Virus record (IMG/VR): IMGVR_UViG_3300011444_000011
Location: 1-64,000 of that record
Direction: 5' to 3' (one strand)
Source: a virus
Taxonomy: Duplodnaviria > Caudoviricetes
Length of the DNA: 64,000 nucleotides
The translations under genes were made by a program, and so were the position numbers. Positions 30,152 through 40,161 of the stretch are shown here, in pieces. Within the stretch, counting starts at the first letter, position 1; each line of letters opens with the position of its first letter. The notes under the pieces were generated by a model, which saw only the letters and a program-made list of their open reading frames with translations, was not told where the DNA came from and searched no databases.

Positions 30152-30651
30152 TGAAGGAATACGTCTGCGTCTACGTCAAATCCCTTGTGCCTAACCATTG
30201 CCTTTTGATACGGAAATCAAGCCCGGACTGGCAGAAGGGAAAGCTGAACCTAGTCGGCGGCAAAATCGAACCGGGAGAAACGGTCGAGCAAGCTGCGAAA
30301 AGAGAGCTTGAAGAAGAGACGGTACTTGTCGGCTTTAACTTCAAGGTCCGTGGTGCAGTAACAGGCAAGAAATGTCATGATCCGAAGTACGATCAAGATG
30401 GCTGGATTGTCTGGTTTCTGACGTGCGATATCGACGTTGACGTGCTTGAAATCGACCAGTCGCATCGGGAAGAGCCGGTGCAGTGGTACTGGATTGACGA
30501 AGCACTGGACATTTTACCTCTGATCCCAAACCTCAAACTCATCATCCCATTACTGGACATAAACGCACCCGACTGGAAACTAACGGAAACTCCGAGCGGT
30601 CTTGTGTACGAGTCCTGTAACTGGGAGACGAGATGTATGACCTCAGTATGA
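30151..30651 (+). CDS. NUDIX hydrolase
   Basis: Nudix box GGKIEPGETVEQAAKRELEEET. Confidence 0.9.
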   Translation: MKEYVCVYVKSLVPNHCLLIRKSSPDWQKGKLNLVGGKIEPGETVEQAAKRELEEETVLVGFNFKVRGAVTGKKCHDPKYDQDGWIVWFLTCDIDVDVLEIDQSHREEPVQWYWIDEALDILPLIPNLKLIIPLLDINAPDWKLTETPSGLVYESCNWETRCMTSV

Positions 30652-31088
30652 AGTCATACTGCCGCGGGCATCTCGACTACCTTGTTGATATTGATATCAA
30701 GTCCTATGACGAAGTCTGGGAGCCTAATCAACTTCACAAGGTCGGTCGCGATATCCGTGTCTGTGTGATGGACACGTCGGATGAGATAGTCGGCTTTTAT
30801 CTGGTCAACGCTCAAGCTGGCCGGTTGGGTCGCTTAATCAAGTTTGCTGTGAAACCGTCCTGGCGTCGTCAAGGCATCGGGACGTTCATGATGGAGAATC
30901 TGCTATTGCAATCGTGGGAGCTAACGACTTTGTCGTGTCTTGTGGACGAAGCCGAGCTTCCGGCCCAACTCTTCCTGAAGGAAAATTACTTCGGATGCCG
31001 CCGCCAGTTGAAAGGGCGAAATGGAAACATCAACTACCTCTTCACCCGACCAACCTGCGCCCAGCGTGGTGAAACTCGGGCGAGCTAA
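30648..31088 (+). CDS. GNAT (RimI-like) acetyltransferase
   Basis: FAVKPSWRRQGIGTFM and AQLFL...F. Confidence 0.8.
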   Translation: MKSYCRGHLDYLVDIDIKSYDEVWEPNQLHKVGRDIRVCVMDTSDEIVGFYLVNAQAGRLGRLIKFAVKPSWRRQGIGTFMMENLLLQSWELTTLSCLVDEAELPAQLFLKENYFGCRRQLKGRNGNINYLFTRPTCAQRGETRAS

Positions 31089-31473
31089 TTTCGACCCAAG
31101 CAAGTATTCGTTGATTATCCTCAAGCCGGATGCAATGCTAGGTGATTTGTGGGGAGCAATCATGCACCAACTGGCCATCTTCGGTCACAAGCCGATGTAT
31201 GGCCGGACGTTGGTGATGACTGATACTGATATCAATTCACACTACGCGGAGCATGTGGGTAAGGATTTCTTTCCACGGCTCGCGGAGTTCATGAAATCTG
31301 GCCCGTCATGGGTCATGCTTTCGTTTGGATCGTGGTCAGCAGCACGCGACCTGTGTGCGAACATTCGCAAAGAATACAATACTAAGAACCCTTCAAACCT
31401 AATCCATGCCAGCGACTCGCCCGAAGCGGTTTTCCGCGAAGCGAAATTCTGGTTCCCAGGAATCTTCTCATGA
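31069..31473 (+). CDS. ndk: Nucleoside-diphosphate kinase
   Basis: IILKPDA, HYAEHVGKDFFPRL...SGP, NLIHASDS. Start uncertain (track start 31021). Confidence 0.9.
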   Translation: MKLGRANFDPSKYSLIILKPDAMLGDLWGAIMHQLAIFGHKPMYGRTLVMTDTDINSHYAEHVGKDFFPRLAEFMKSGPSWVMLSFGSWSAARDLCANIRKEYNTKNPSNLIHASDSPEAVFREAKFWFPGIFS

Positions 31474-31676
31474 CTGTCGAATGGATCGGCCCTCGCGGCT
31501 TCCGCCGCTGTACTTTGTCGAGAGACCTTGCCACTGCGAAACGAGAGTTCGCCGGCATGGCTCCCTACGTCGAGTACAGCGACGGTGGCAAGACGCTGGG
31601 ATACACGTTGAACCAATCAACGCCGCAATCACTGGCACCAATGTTTGCGGTGCAACTGCGAAGGGAACGAATATGA
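31470..31676 (+). CDS. Hypothetical protein
   Basis: ATGA coupling. Confidence 0.5.
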   Translation: MTVEWIGPRGFRRCTLSRDLATAKREFAGMAPYVEYSDGGKTLGYTLNQSTPQSLAPMFAVQLRRERI

Positions 31677-32050
31677 TTGTGCAATCAAGTGACGGGTACT
31701 TCTACCAAAATCCCCGTTTCACGACGACGATTGCCATTGTCGAGTTCACTGACGATGGATGTTTTCTGTTTCGCAAGGGTAATGTAAGCTGGAAAACCGC
31801 CGTATCCGTATTGAGGCCACTTGGCATCAAAGCCAAGTTAGTCTTTGGAGCGGTGGCTCCGGGTGCCCAGAAGATCATCAACGGCGATTTGATATCAACG
31901 ACACAATTCACCATCCAACTTACCGGCCCGATTCCGACTCCACACAATCATCAAGCCTGCATCCGGGAGCCTGTCTCCGACAACGAAGAAATCATCCGCT
32001 TCAAGGTCAAGAAACCGCGTCGCACTGTTCCAAGTGATGGCTCACCATGA
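31673..32050 (+). CDS. Hypothetical protein
   Basis: ATGA coupling. Confidence 0.55.
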   Translation: MIVQSSDGYFYQNPRFTTTIAIVEFTDDGCFLFRKGNVSWKTAVSVLRPLGIKAKLVFGAVAPGAQKIINGDLISTTQFTIQLTGPIPTPHNHQACIREPVSDNEEIIRFKVKKPRRTVPSDGSP

Positions 32051-32355
32051 TTGAAGGCGAGACAACGTGGGGTGAGATTGATCTCAATTGGGGTGATATC
32101 ATGCAACTGCTCCGGGAAAGGTTGCCGGTCCAAGATGAGATCGGACTTAACCGGGCAGGCGTCATGGTCAAGACACAACGCCCTATGATTGAGGATATCG
32201 TCTGTGCCCGTTCGGCCCGTGATGATATCCTAATTGCTTATCTGGCTGCTGCCGGCATCATTGTCCGACTAAGCACTTACCGGGAACCAAGATCAATAGA
32301 CACCGACGCCCACGACAGAATTGGATTCGGCCAGGGTGGCGAGGGACACAAATAA
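32047..32355 (+). CDS. Hypothetical protein
   Basis: ATGA coupling. Confidence 0.55.
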   Translation: MIEGETTWGEIDLNWGDIMQLLRERLPVQDEIGLNRAGVMVKTQRPMIEDIVCARSARDDILIAYLAAAGIIVRLSTYREPRSIDTDAHDRIGFGQGGEGHK

Positions 32356-32750
32356 TGCAAATCGGCAAATTGACGCTGACGGATCGTCTCTACGAGAGTA
32401 CGCCCGTCGCATTAACGAACTATCATTCCGTGGAAGCTCTGCGGTATGAAGAGTTCCATACACGGTTGTTGCTGTTTGGACCGAAAGGTCGGGGATTCTG
32501 GTCTCCCTTCTGTGAGGTCCAACTGATAAATCGCCTTTCGGATGGCCGCTTAATCGGCGTCTGCTCGGCGATGGAATTCAAAGCGGTGACGTTTCTGGAA
32601 ATTATGAACGTCGTCGTGGCGGACTATGACCGCCGAGAAATGGCTAAGGCTCTTGATTTCATGCCCTTTGAGATCAAGTCCGGTCATACTTACCGATTTC
32701 AATATCAATTCCTGTTAAGGGGACGACAACATGATTTGCGCAGAATGTAG
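32355..32750 (+). CDS. Hypothetical protein
   Basis: TAATG coupling. Confidence 0.55.
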   Translation: MQIGKLTLTDRLYESTPVALTNYHSVEALRYEEFHTRLLLFGPKGRGFWSPFCEVQLINRLSDGRLIGVCSAMEFKAVTFLEIMNVVVADYDRREMAKALDFMPFEIKSGHTYRFQYQFLLRGRQHDLRRM

Positions 32751-33369
32751 CGGAAAGGGAACTTATGCTCCCTTGTTTGGCCCGTTGGAAAAGTGCCGTG
32801 CTTGCGGCGGCACCGGGCAAGCTATCCGCGGTGAAAAGGCGAACAGCGTCATTGTTGACGAAATCGCATCGCCCTTGTGCGGCATCGTGAATAACCGCGT
32901 TGAGCGGTATGTCTGGCTTGCCCAGCGTTGGGACGCCCAGAAACATAACCTGACGGCGGGTCGCTGGTATCTGCACGAACCCGGTCGCCAGCCCGATGCT
33001 GTAGACGACACGAAGTCGCCGCACAGCAACAAGCTCACGTTCTCGTTGGATATCGACGACAGGGCTCTCAACACTTACCGCGAAGAGTTTCCGTCTCGTG
33101 GATTCAAAATCCACACCGAGGTTCGTGATATTGAATATCAACGGGTACTGGGTGAGTACGGATCAAACCCGTGCGTCGAACGTGGAGTCCTGTTCTCCGG
33201 CTTCAATGCAAACTGCGGTGCCGCCCGTGTCGAGTTCTTCGCAAGCGAAGATTCAATGGGCATTGCCTTCGTCAATGAGATGTCGAGTTATCGCGTCGTG
33301 ACTCTGGCATCCGAGTTCAATAACGGCGCGCAAATCTACTTACCTCGCATCGCACACGGTAGACCATGA
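32731..33369 (+). CDS. Zinc-finger protein with a terminase-like Walker B fragment
   Basis: CAECSGKGTYAPLFGPLEKCRACGGTG followed by IRGEKANSVIVDEI. Confidence 0.6.
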   Translation: MICAECSGKGTYAPLFGPLEKCRACGGTGQAIRGEKANSVIVDEIASPLCGIVNNRVERYVWLAQRWDAQKHNLTAGRWYLHEPGRQPDAVDDTKSPHSNKLTFSLDIDDRALNTYREEFPSRGFKIHTEVRDIEYQRVLGEYGSNPCVERGVLFSGFNANCGAARVEFFASEDSMGIAFVNEMSSYRVVTLASEFNNGAQIYLPRIAHGRP

Positions 33370-33559
33370 AGAACCGACCGAAAACCGTCACCTTCACTGA
33401 TACTGAAATCAAAATCGTCGAACGCCTGATCCGCAGCGGAACGAATAAGGGATTAGGCATTGCTGATCTGATTGGTGGCGAGTATTCCGATTACCTCGAA
33501 GGTATGAATGACTCGCAAAAGCTCCAGTTTCTCGTGAAGATCGAAAGAATCGGAATCCT

Positions 33560-34069
33560 ATGAGTTGCGACAGGAACAAGAAGCATGATTTGTATGATTG
33601 GCTGTTTCTGCTTTGGTTCGCGGTGATTGCAGTATCATTCGCGTCCCTCGCGTGCAGTTTCTGGCATCCGCAAAGCCGACACGACACTTACACGGCGACC
33701 CATGAATACCACTACACCGGGCTCGAAGACACACCGTCTGAACCGTGCGAAGCGTGCAAGTGCAAGGCCGGCGAAGATTGTTGCAAATGCAAGGAACCTT
33801 GCCCGCCAGATTGTGACTGCAATGGCTCTTGTGTCTGCGGCTGCCAGAAGGGTGGGGAATGCGGTTGTCCGCGGGCCAAAGATTTGAAAGAGCCTCAAAA
33901 AGAGCCTCACGTCACGGAAATCATTATCGACCTTAGCAAACCGTTGAAAGAAGTTCCACCGGACCTGTGTCCGCCGGAAGAACCGGCACCTGAACTTCCT
34001 AAGAAACCTACGCCGAAAGTCACTCCGAAGAAACCCGTTCCAAAACTCCCGGACTGTCCTTCACCATGA
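33560..34069 (+). CDS. Membrane-anchored Cys-rich (metallothionein-like), Pro/Lys-rich protein
   Basis: N-terminal TM, then CEACKCKAGEDCCKCKEPCPPDCDCNGSCVCGCQKGGECGC. Confidence 0.6.
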   Translation: MSCDRNKKHDLYDWLFLLWFAVIAVSFASLACSFWHPQSRHDTYTATHEYHYTGLEDTPSEPCEACKCKAGEDCCKCKEPCPPDCDCNGSCVCGCQKGGECGCPRAKDLKEPQKEPHVTEIIIDLSKPLKEVPPDLCPPEEPAPELPKKPTPKVTPKKPVPKLPDCPSP

Positions 34070-34228
34070 TGCCATTCATCACGGTGGTCATGATGTTCCT
34101 GGCTGGGCCGTACTACTCATGGAGTACGGCCCAGTCATACGGTTATGGCTACCGTAGGCCGTTCAGCGTTATAACCGCCCTACCGTCGGCTGACTATTAC
34201 CCGCCGACGGGCATTCAGGACTGTTGAC

Positions 34229-34426
34229 ATGAAAGACGTAATCAAATACGGATTGCCGATTCCGTTGATTGTGATATCAATTATCGTGTACTTTGTCTGG
34301 AATCCGCCCAAGTGCAAGTGCAATACCTGCACAGATAAGGTTTGCACGATATGCACTTGCACCAAAGACAAAAACTGCGGCGACGCGAATTGCCGGGTAA
34401 AACGATCCCGAAGAGTTCAGAAATAA
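34229..34426 (+). CDS. Small membrane-anchored Cys-rich protein
   Basis: TM, then CKCNTC...CTICTC...CGDANC. Confidence 0.55.
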   Translation: MKDVIKYGLPIPLIVISIIVYFVWNPPKCKCNTCTDKVCTICTCTKDKNCGDANCRVKRSRRVQK

Positions 34427-34427
34427 A

Positions 34428-35054
34428 TTGGCATGTCGTCGAACTTCTCTGCAAAGAAAGCAGCTTCTGGAAATGCACGATGAACCTGGAACTCAACCGC
34501 CTGATCTTCAGCAAGATCATCCTGCGGACGGCACGGCAGAACGTCCTGCGTCATCAGCACCTTTGGGCCGACCCCGTCCACGATCCGTAGCCGAATGGAT
34601 TGACCACGAGATACTCTACGGCACCACTCCACCGACTTCAATTTTCAAAGAACTGCGAGACCCGCCAGTCATGGGACCGATCAGCCCGCTTCAACCAGCA
34701 CGCAAGCTCCAACCAACATACCGCACCGGGCCGACATGCCGTGGATACATTCATGGTATGGCTGACGAGAAAGGTATCACGCATCCGGTAGCCGCGGTCT
34801 TCGAGCAGGCTGATGGCAGAATCACAATCAACCCGCTCCCGCCACCGGAACCGCCGTACACGCAGCACAAACCGGAGATCACGTATCTGTGGGATGACCC
34901 GCGTAAGGGCCGCTGTTATCGTCTGAACTTCGGTAAGAAAGAAATCTTCCTGACCTGGACCGAGATTCATTATCTTCAGCAGATGTTGGAGACAGACCCA
35001 TGTCCGAGCAAGCCGATGGAAAGGGCAGCAACCTCAGGGCGCGTGCAGACGTAA
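34428..35054 (+). CDS. Hypothetical protein
   Basis: 208-aa ORF; start uncertain. Confidence 0.45.
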   Translation: MACRRTSLQRKQLLEMHDEPGTQPPDLQQDHPADGTAERPASSAPLGRPRPRSVAEWIDHEILYGTTPPTSIFKELRDPPVMGPISPLQPARKLQPTYRTGPTCRGYIHGMADEKGITHPVAAVFEQADGRITINPLPPPEPPYTQHKPEITYLWDDPRKGRCYRLNFGKKEIFLTWTEIHYLQQMLETDPCPSKPMERAATSGRVQT

Positions 35055-35360
35055 AGAAACGCCATCGTCGGAAAGAACGACGACGGGCCAAGAAAGACCC
35101 GGAAACGGCACCGAAGTATCGCAAATATGATGGATACCTGACATGAGAGTTGATACTAAAATCAAATACAGTTGGTTGTGTTTTCGGCGGCTAGTCGCCA
35201 GATTAGAGCGGTTGAAGAAAAAGAAGCGACGCACGCTTCGTCCATTCTGGCGATCAGGAAAAAGCTCGAACCGTGCCTATTGGGCACGGGAACGAAGACG
35301 AGTGGATGCCGCCCGACGAGAAGCCTCACGCAATCCTCTGTGTTGGAAAGACACCGCACA

Positions 35361-35981
35361 ATGAAGTGGTTCATGGGAGACCCACACTTTGACCACGAAC
35401 AGGTCATCAATATGTGCAACCGGCCCTTCAAGACGGTTGCGGAAATGAATGATTGCTTGATATCCGAGACAAACTCATTCGTCGATAGGAAAGACGAACT
35501 GTATATCGTCGGAGACTTCTGCTGGCACCGACCGGCCTATTTCCGTCAAGCCATCCGGTGCAAGAACGTCCATCTGATCTGGGGTAATCATGACCGGCCA
35601 AACTACGCCACATATTTCAAGACTGCTCGCGACACTGCGATGGTTAAGTTTTGCAGCACGTCGAACGATCCTGATACTGGCAAGAGGATTCTGTGCCATC
35701 TTTCTCACTATCCTCACGCTTTTTGGCCTGCCAGCCATTATGGGAGCCTACACCTTTATGGACACTTGCACCGCCAGCGAGAGGCGTGGCTTGATATTGC
35801 TCTCGGTTCTGACCGTCGCAGTATGGATTGCGGCGTTGATTATATCCATCATCTTACAGGGCGTTTCCGTCCGATCTCCGAATTCGAAGTCGCAGGAATG
35901 CTCCTGAAACGAAAGGGCCACGACCACGTTGCCTTCTACAAGGCTTTCCAACAAGCAATAGGTGCTATCGGGAAGAACTAA
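35361..35981 (+). CDS. Calcineurin-like metallophosphoesterase
   Basis: GDPHFDH, VGD, GNHD, SHYP, GHLH. Confidence 0.88.
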   Translation: MKWFMGDPHFDHEQVINMCNRPFKTVAEMNDCLISETNSFVDRKDELYIVGDFCWHRPAYFRQAIRCKNVHLIWGNHDRPNYATYFKTARDTAMVKFCSTSNDPDTGKRILCHLSHYPHAFWPASHYGSLHLYGHLHRQREAWLDIALGSDRRSMDCGVDYIHHLTGRFRPISEFEVAGMLLKRKGHDHVAFYKAFQQAIGAIGKN

Positions 35982-36113
35982 AATGACTGATACTGATATC
36001 AATATCCTTCCATTCCATATCCCATCACCCCGTGACGACTGCGATCACAGCGAACAGGATGCCGACAGCTTCCACCACGTTTGTCTGATCTGCGGCGTAG
36101 AATGGTACGAGCT

Positions 36114-36323
36114 ATGAGCAATTCAGCCACGCATTCCGAACACGTCAACGCCCCGCAGGTCAAGAAGACCGCTTCAACAACTTTCTCAATGCTTCAGATC
36201 GTCGAAGCACTGAACACCGTCTACCCTGATTTGAAGATTGATTTCCAAACCGTTCGGGCTCGCCACAGCCACGAGCCGAACGTCCAAATCACAACCGTCG
36301 AACTGGAGTGGACCGAAAAATGA
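36114..36323 (+). CDS. Hypothetical protein
   Basis: In the gene chain. Confidence 0.5.
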   Translation: MSNSATHSEHVNAPQVKKTASTTFSMLQIVEALNTVYPDLKIDFQTVRARHSHEPNVQITTVELEWTEK

Positions 36324-36529
36324 GTAATTCGTATCGAACGGCCAGACAGGTGATTGAGCACCAGCGGAAGGTGGCACAGAACGTCTACAACAAGACGCTG
36401 GAAGAGTTGCGGGCAATGGAAGCGTTGCTTCAGCAGAATTGCCCACATGCTAATATGACTAATCATCCTGGATTCGCGGAATCTGACCCGTTCGACCAGT
36501 GCGACGATTGTGGATTCATCAAGATATGA
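36320..36529 (+). CDS. Small zinc-ribbon protein
   Basis: CPH...CDDCG. Confidence 0.55.
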   Translation: MSNSYRTARQVIEHQRKVAQNVYNKTLEELRAMEALLQQNCPHANMTNHPGFAESDPFDQCDDCGFIKI

Positions 36530-36735
36530 CGACCGACCTTGACGGCAAGCCTGTCTTGCTATTGAAGGAAGATGATGTGCGATCTCTGAAAGAGCAGCGG
36601 CCTTCCGCTGCGTTAATTGCTAGACTGGATAAGTTTCTTGAAGGCTGCGCAACGCATGTTGCCAGTCCAGCTTTCGGAACCTTATCGAACCGAACTTCCC
36701 CGCCCGCCTAGCACTGATACTGGAGACCGCCTACT

Positions 36736-37098
36736 ATGAAGACGTTGTACGGACACATGAAAGACCTGGACGGATGTGGCCTGACGAAAGCCAACGTCCG
36801 GGAGCCGAAGAAGTTCTGGCACGTTGATTTCGAGTGGCCCGATGCAATCTGGCGGGGCCACGTCACCGAGTCTCCGACGTTCAAGAATCTGTTCGAGGTT
36901 TGGAACTACGAACTGACCGAAGCCACAGTTCGGCTCGAAAAGTGTACGCAAGACATGGACAAGGCCGTCTGGCAACGTCGAATTGATGTTGCAAATCAAT
37001 TGCTCAACAAGTTCAACGACTGGCGGAAGGATCGCAAATCGCTGCCAGTAATGATCGACGAGTTCTACATCGAAGTCACGGAAGACGTGCTACATTGA
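36736..37098 (+). CDS. Hypothetical protein
   Basis: GGAG RBS. Confidence 0.6.
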   Translation: MKTLYGHMKDLDGCGLTKANVREPKKFWHVDFEWPDAIWRGHVTESPTFKNLFEVWNYELTEATVRLEKCTQDMDKAVWQRRIDVANQLLNKFNDWRKDRKSLPVMIDEFYIEVTEDVLH

Positions 37099-37291
37099 TT
37101 CGGCTCAAGGGTGAACTGTCGCCGGTATCGCTGGCGACAAATTACGTTGATCTGATTGGCGCAAGCAGACGTGAGGGCCGTACAATCACCCGCCCTACTG
37201 ATTGCCATTATAGCGTTCCTGTTAATCGCTGCCCGAAGTGCGGCAGACTAATGACCAAATTACCCTGTGCCATCTGCGAACTGGAGAACCC

Positions 37292-37708
37292 ATGAGTTTC
37301 GACCTGGATGCCCTGATGCTCAAGAAGCGGAAAGAATTTGAAGTCGGCCAAGTCAGATTCAGGGCGAAGGCAGAGAAGTTCATGTTGATGCACACTCGCA
37401 TCAAGACGCTTGGCCTTAGCTGCGAAGTCCCCGCGATCTCGGAGTACAATATCGGTGGTGGGATGTGTCTCACCATCGAGCGGGAAGAGTTGCCGCTTAT
37501 CAGGGAAGTCTTCGGCAAACTCGAAATCGGCGGCAAGGATGTCAAGAGCGGAGCGGATGGGACGATCTACGTCCACGTCCACTTGAAAGAGCTTCCGGGT
37601 TGCGGCGTCCAGTTCCGCTACGTGAAGACACTGTCAGCGGAACAGAAGTGTAAAATCAAAACCGTCCACAGCAGCTACGAAACCCTGGTCTGCGAACCGG
37701 GTTCCTGA
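37292..37708 (+). CDS. Hypothetical protein
   Basis: ATGA coupling, GGAG RBS. Confidence 0.6.
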   Translation: MSFDLDALMLKKRKEFEVGQVRFRAKAEKFMLMHTRIKTLGLSCEVPAISEYNIGGGMCLTIEREELPLIREVFGKLEIGGKDVKSGADGTIYVHVHLKELPGCGVQFRYVKTLSAEQKCKIKTVHSSYETLVCEPGS

Positions 37709-37716
37709 AAGGTACT

Positions 37717-37971
37717 ATGCACAATGACTTACCGAATGCCGTTGCGAGATATGTGCGAGCGGTTGCCGCCAAAAAGCGGGCCGAAGAATCCGAGAAGCGG
37801 GCCAGTGGTGAGATAAGGTCCGCAGAGGGTGATATCCACCGCATCTGCGAAGAGATCGTAAAGATCGCGGATGACAAGGTGGCCTACATCGAGGGCGGTG
37901 ATGAAACCGTCGTGGTAGTTAGCAAAACGATTTTGGAAATCTGCCCTCTGAAGAAAGGTTTCAAACCGTGA
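37717..37971 (+). CDS. Hypothetical protein
   Basis: AAAGG RBS. Confidence 0.55.
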   Translation: MHNDLPNAVARYVRAVAAKKRAEESEKRASGEIRSAEGDIHRICEEIVKIADDKVAYIEGGDETVVVVSKTILEICPLKKGFKP

Positions 37972-38282
37972 TATTCGTTCAATTCACACTCGGCATTCTC
38001 TTACTCTGTGTCGCCTTCACCGTATTCATGGTGGGTGTTATGGGGACTTTGTTCGTTATGGACAACATCGGAAATTGTGCCGATTCCGAGGAACTCGTTG
38101 ATGAACTCGAAGACCTGCAACATCGGTACAACGAGCTTGTCGAAACGATGCTGGCCGTCGAAGAGATTCTTGATCCCGAGACTCCGCCAACACGCGAGGA
38201 ACTGGAAACGATTGCTGATCTGCGGGCCGGCAAGTGCAAAGTGATACTGGTATCAGGAGCAGCCGATGCAGTACCAGCCTGA
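37968..38282 (+). CDS. Membrane-anchored coiled-coil protein
   Basis: N-terminal TM followed by an acidic coiled coil. Confidence 0.55.
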   Translation: MIFVQFTLGILLLCVAFTVFMVGVMGTLFVMDNIGNCADSEELVDELEDLQHRYNELVETMLAVEEILDPETPPTREELETIADLRAGKCKVILVSGAADAVPA

Positions 38283-38862
38283 TTTCTTTGCCGCGTACAG
38301 AAAGTACCTTGATGATCCGGCCGTAAAGGCCACCCACGCGAGGATGTTCAAAATCTTCGACGATCACTTCGTATGCGGGTCGATGAACCGCGTCGTGGAC
38401 CTGGGCTGCGGTACGTGCGAGTTCGCGCGTTACATGGATGAACAAGAGTGGATGAACAGCTACCACGGCTTTGATTTGGATATCAGCCGTGCTGATGTTG
38501 ACAACATCGACAATGTCAGCATTACCTTGAAGGAAGCTGATTTCACGACCGGCGATGTGATCGAGCCGCACGATATGTTCGTGAGCCTCTTCGCGTCCGA
38601 GATCATCCTACCGTGGGATGAACACGAGAAGTTGTACGACAAGTGGTTTGAGAAGGGCGCGTCGATTGGATTGGTGGCCGGCTTCCACTATCTGCATTGC
38701 CCGCACTTCCCGCAGGTTACTGAGAAAACTGGCTACACCGTCTACCAGACGACGCCCAGTTCTCCAATGCGCAGCGAACTACGGATGTGCCAGCAGGTGC
38801 CGCCGGGAATGTTCGTTGACCCGTTCGTTGAGGTCTGGAGAGTGATATGGCCGAGCAAATGA
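38266..38862 (+). CDS. Class I SAM-dependent methyltransferase
   Basis: VVDLGCGT, YHGFDL, EADF. Confidence 0.75.
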   Translation: MQYQPDFFAAYRKYLDDPAVKATHARMFKIFDDHFVCGSMNRVVDLGCGTCEFARYMDEQEWMNSYHGFDLDISRADVDNIDNVSITLKEADFTTGDVIEPHDMFVSLFASEIILPWDEHEKLYDKWFEKGASIGLVAGFHYLHCPHFPQVTEKTGYTVYQTTPSSPMRSELRMCQQVPPGMFVDPFVEVWRVIWPSK

Positions 38863-39308
38863 AACGACGCGGTTTCTTGGGCATGTTGGCGTCTTTGATA
38901 CCAGTATCAAAGGTGCTTCTGACCATTCCGAAACCCAAACCGAAAGGCCCGAGTCCCGACTTGTCGGGTGCCGCAGCCTGCCGCCGGACAGTGGCTGATC
39001 CGGTCGAGTTAGTTCACATTCCGGTGTCAGAGATCGACTTCCACGCCCATGACTCTTTCGTCCGGCATCCGGTTATGGAACACGTTCACCGACTGGCGGT
39101 GGATATGGAAGAACGCGGCATGTGTATGCCGATTTACGTCAGGAAGATGGCATCCGGCAAGTACGGAGTCATCAACGGAACGCACCGTGCGTGGGCTGCC
39201 CGTAGCTTAAAGTGGCCGACGGTTTTGGCCTACGTCACGCACACGACGGACGCGGAAGCACTGGCCCTATTTATTAACCTCAACTCACAACGGAGCGTGA
39301 AATGTTGA
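38859..39308 (+). CDS. ParB-N domain protein with a twin-arginine (Tat-like) N-terminus
   Basis: MKRRGFLGMLASLIP..., then IPVSEID...LAVDMEERGMCMPIYVR...VINGTHRAWAA...INLNSQR. No HTH. Confidence 0.75.
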   Translation: MKRRGFLGMLASLIPVSKVLLTIPKPKPKGPSPDLSGAAACRRTVADPVELVHIPVSEIDFHAHDSFVRHPVMEHVHRLAVDMEERGMCMPIYVRKMASGKYGVINGTHRAWAARSLKWPTVLAYVTHTTDAEALALFINLNSQRSVKC

Positions 39309-39410
39309 TGGCAGTAATCTCCCTGGGGACCGCGGGGATTGCTTTGCTTATTTTGGCAATTGTTACTTTGTTATTCCTAATTTGCGTTTGTCACGTTCAG
39401 GGAGTCCAAG

Positions 39411-39626
39411 ATGCGGAACGAGGATATTCAGACAACTACCTCATCGACGACTTCACCCACGACGAGTTCGGAGATCAGTGAAGAACAGAGGCAAGATCAA
39501 ATCTACCAGCTAGGCAACGTGATGAACTTGAGCTTCTACGCAGTGAACCGGCTCAAACAACTCTCGCCTGATGCCCTGGCCGAACTCGTCTACGTCTTCA
39601 ATATCAAACCACCCACCGGAGTCTAA
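39411..39626 (+). CDS. Hypothetical protein
   Basis: GGGAG RBS. Confidence 0.5.
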   Translation: MRNEDIQTTTSSTTSPTTSSEISEEQRQDQIYQLGNVMNLSFYAVNRLKQLSPDALAELVYVFNIKPPTGV

Positions 39627-39627
39627 C

Positions 39628-39804
39628 ATGCTGAAGGCTTTCAATTCGTTTCAACTCGTAACCGCTTTTGCCCTTGCTCCGTTCGGGATTCAGTGGCTCT
39701 CGAACGCGACGTTCAGCGGCGCGCCGGCCGCGTTCTGGGTTGGCATCGTTGCCTACGTCGTCAGCTTCATCGCCATGTGCGTTGCCGTCCACGACTCGGT
39801 ATGA
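39628..39804 (+). CDS. Small membrane protein
   Basis: Two hydrophobic segments; GGAG RBS. Confidence 0.5.
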   Translation: MLKAFNSFQLVTAFALAPFGIQWLSNATFSGAPAAFWVGIVAYVVSFIAMCVAVHDSV

Positions 39805-40118
39805 TAACCCAGTTCCTGACGTTCCTGGGCCTCGTTGGAGTTCTTATTGTGGTAGTTCGTGTCATCCAAAGGGAACGCATGACTTACAACCGATGCGTCA
39901 ACTGCCGGGGCATATACGACGGCGACCATTGCCCGTGTCTCGACCACAAGACGCTGACGCCGCAGATGATAGCGGAGCGTCTAGGTCGGGTGCTAGGTGA
40001 CGCCTTGTCGCAAGGCATTGAGATTCGGGTTCCTGCGGAAGCACTGCATGATTTGACTGATCCCGATTTGGTGTGGAGAATCACAAAGGGTATCCACTCC
40101 GTCAGGATGCGTCAGTAG
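39801..40118 (+). CDS. Membrane-anchored hypothetical protein
   Basis: N-terminal TM and CVNC..CPC. Confidence 0.5.
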   Translation: MITQFLTFLGLVGVLIVVVRVIQRERMTYNRCVNCRGIYDGDHCPCLDHKTLTPQMIAERLGRVLGDALSQGIEIRVPAEALHDLTDPDLVWRITKGIHSVRMRQ

Positions 40119-40161
40119 CGTTTACTGTCCCGCAATTGCCTAGCCTTTGCGTGGACTTATG

